34,718 nucleotides of DNA from Nemertoderma westbladi (taxonomy: Eukaryota; Animalia; Xenacoelomorpha): NCBI GenBank assembly GCA_032718475.1, contig JAUCBJ010001569.1:1-34718 (forward strand). The letters run 5' to 3'. Positions 34,552 to 34,718 of this stretch are shown one piece after another (position 1 is the stretch's first letter; every line of letters begins with the position of its first letter). The position numbers and the translations under genes were made by a program. Under the pieces are notes generated by a model, which was not told the DNA's origin, made no database searches, and saw nothing but the letters and a program-made list of their open reading frames with translations.

Positions 34552-34718
34552 TTAAGAATGCTGTGCCGGCTTGTCAACAAAATTGCACCGCCACAACTCC
34601 CTATCACCCATGACATTTGCTAGATCATCCACATCTTTAAGGCCAGTGTCCTTTAAGATGCGTCTCAAGAAAGTCATGGGCTGTCCACCATGCTTATTCA
34701 CTCCATGAGGCTGCCAAA
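34552..34718 (-). mobile_element. RTE-clade LINE 3' end
   Basis: WQPHGVNKHGGQPMTFLRRILKDTGLKDVDDLANVMGDRELWR...stop, homologous to WQPTHGKRSRGRPAITYIDQLERDTEL...MENREAW at 751-915. Confidence 0.78.

Overview
Eukaryotic (invertebrate metazoan-like) genomic DNA. Almost the whole window lies within a minus-strand RANBP9/RANBP10 (RanBPM, CTLH complex) gene. Seven coding exons are visible from 29099 down to 105, with consistent phases and GT-AG junctions, and the gene continues off the left edge. Its ~19 kb fifth intron holds (i) a complete, intact, antisense-nested cytoplasmic dynein intermediate chain gene (3 exons, 634 aa), (ii) a 3.3 kb Foldback/MULE-like element with a 9-bp TSD whose two inverted arms are 53-bp tandem arrays, and (iii) a ~12.2 kb 37-bp satellite with higher-order structure. 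Other introns and the upstream region carry a TSD-flanked RTE-clade LINE, TIR elements with 8-9 bp TSDs, CR1 and RTE fragments, and tRNA-derived SINE-like heads. The most striking unexplained pattern is that four of the seven RANBP9 5' splice sites have an unrelated tandem array starting at or within ~25 nt of the donor. In two cases the repeat unit is the exon/intron junction itself, and in a third it is packed with donor-like motifs. All family assignments come from recognising motifs by eye; no database search was run.
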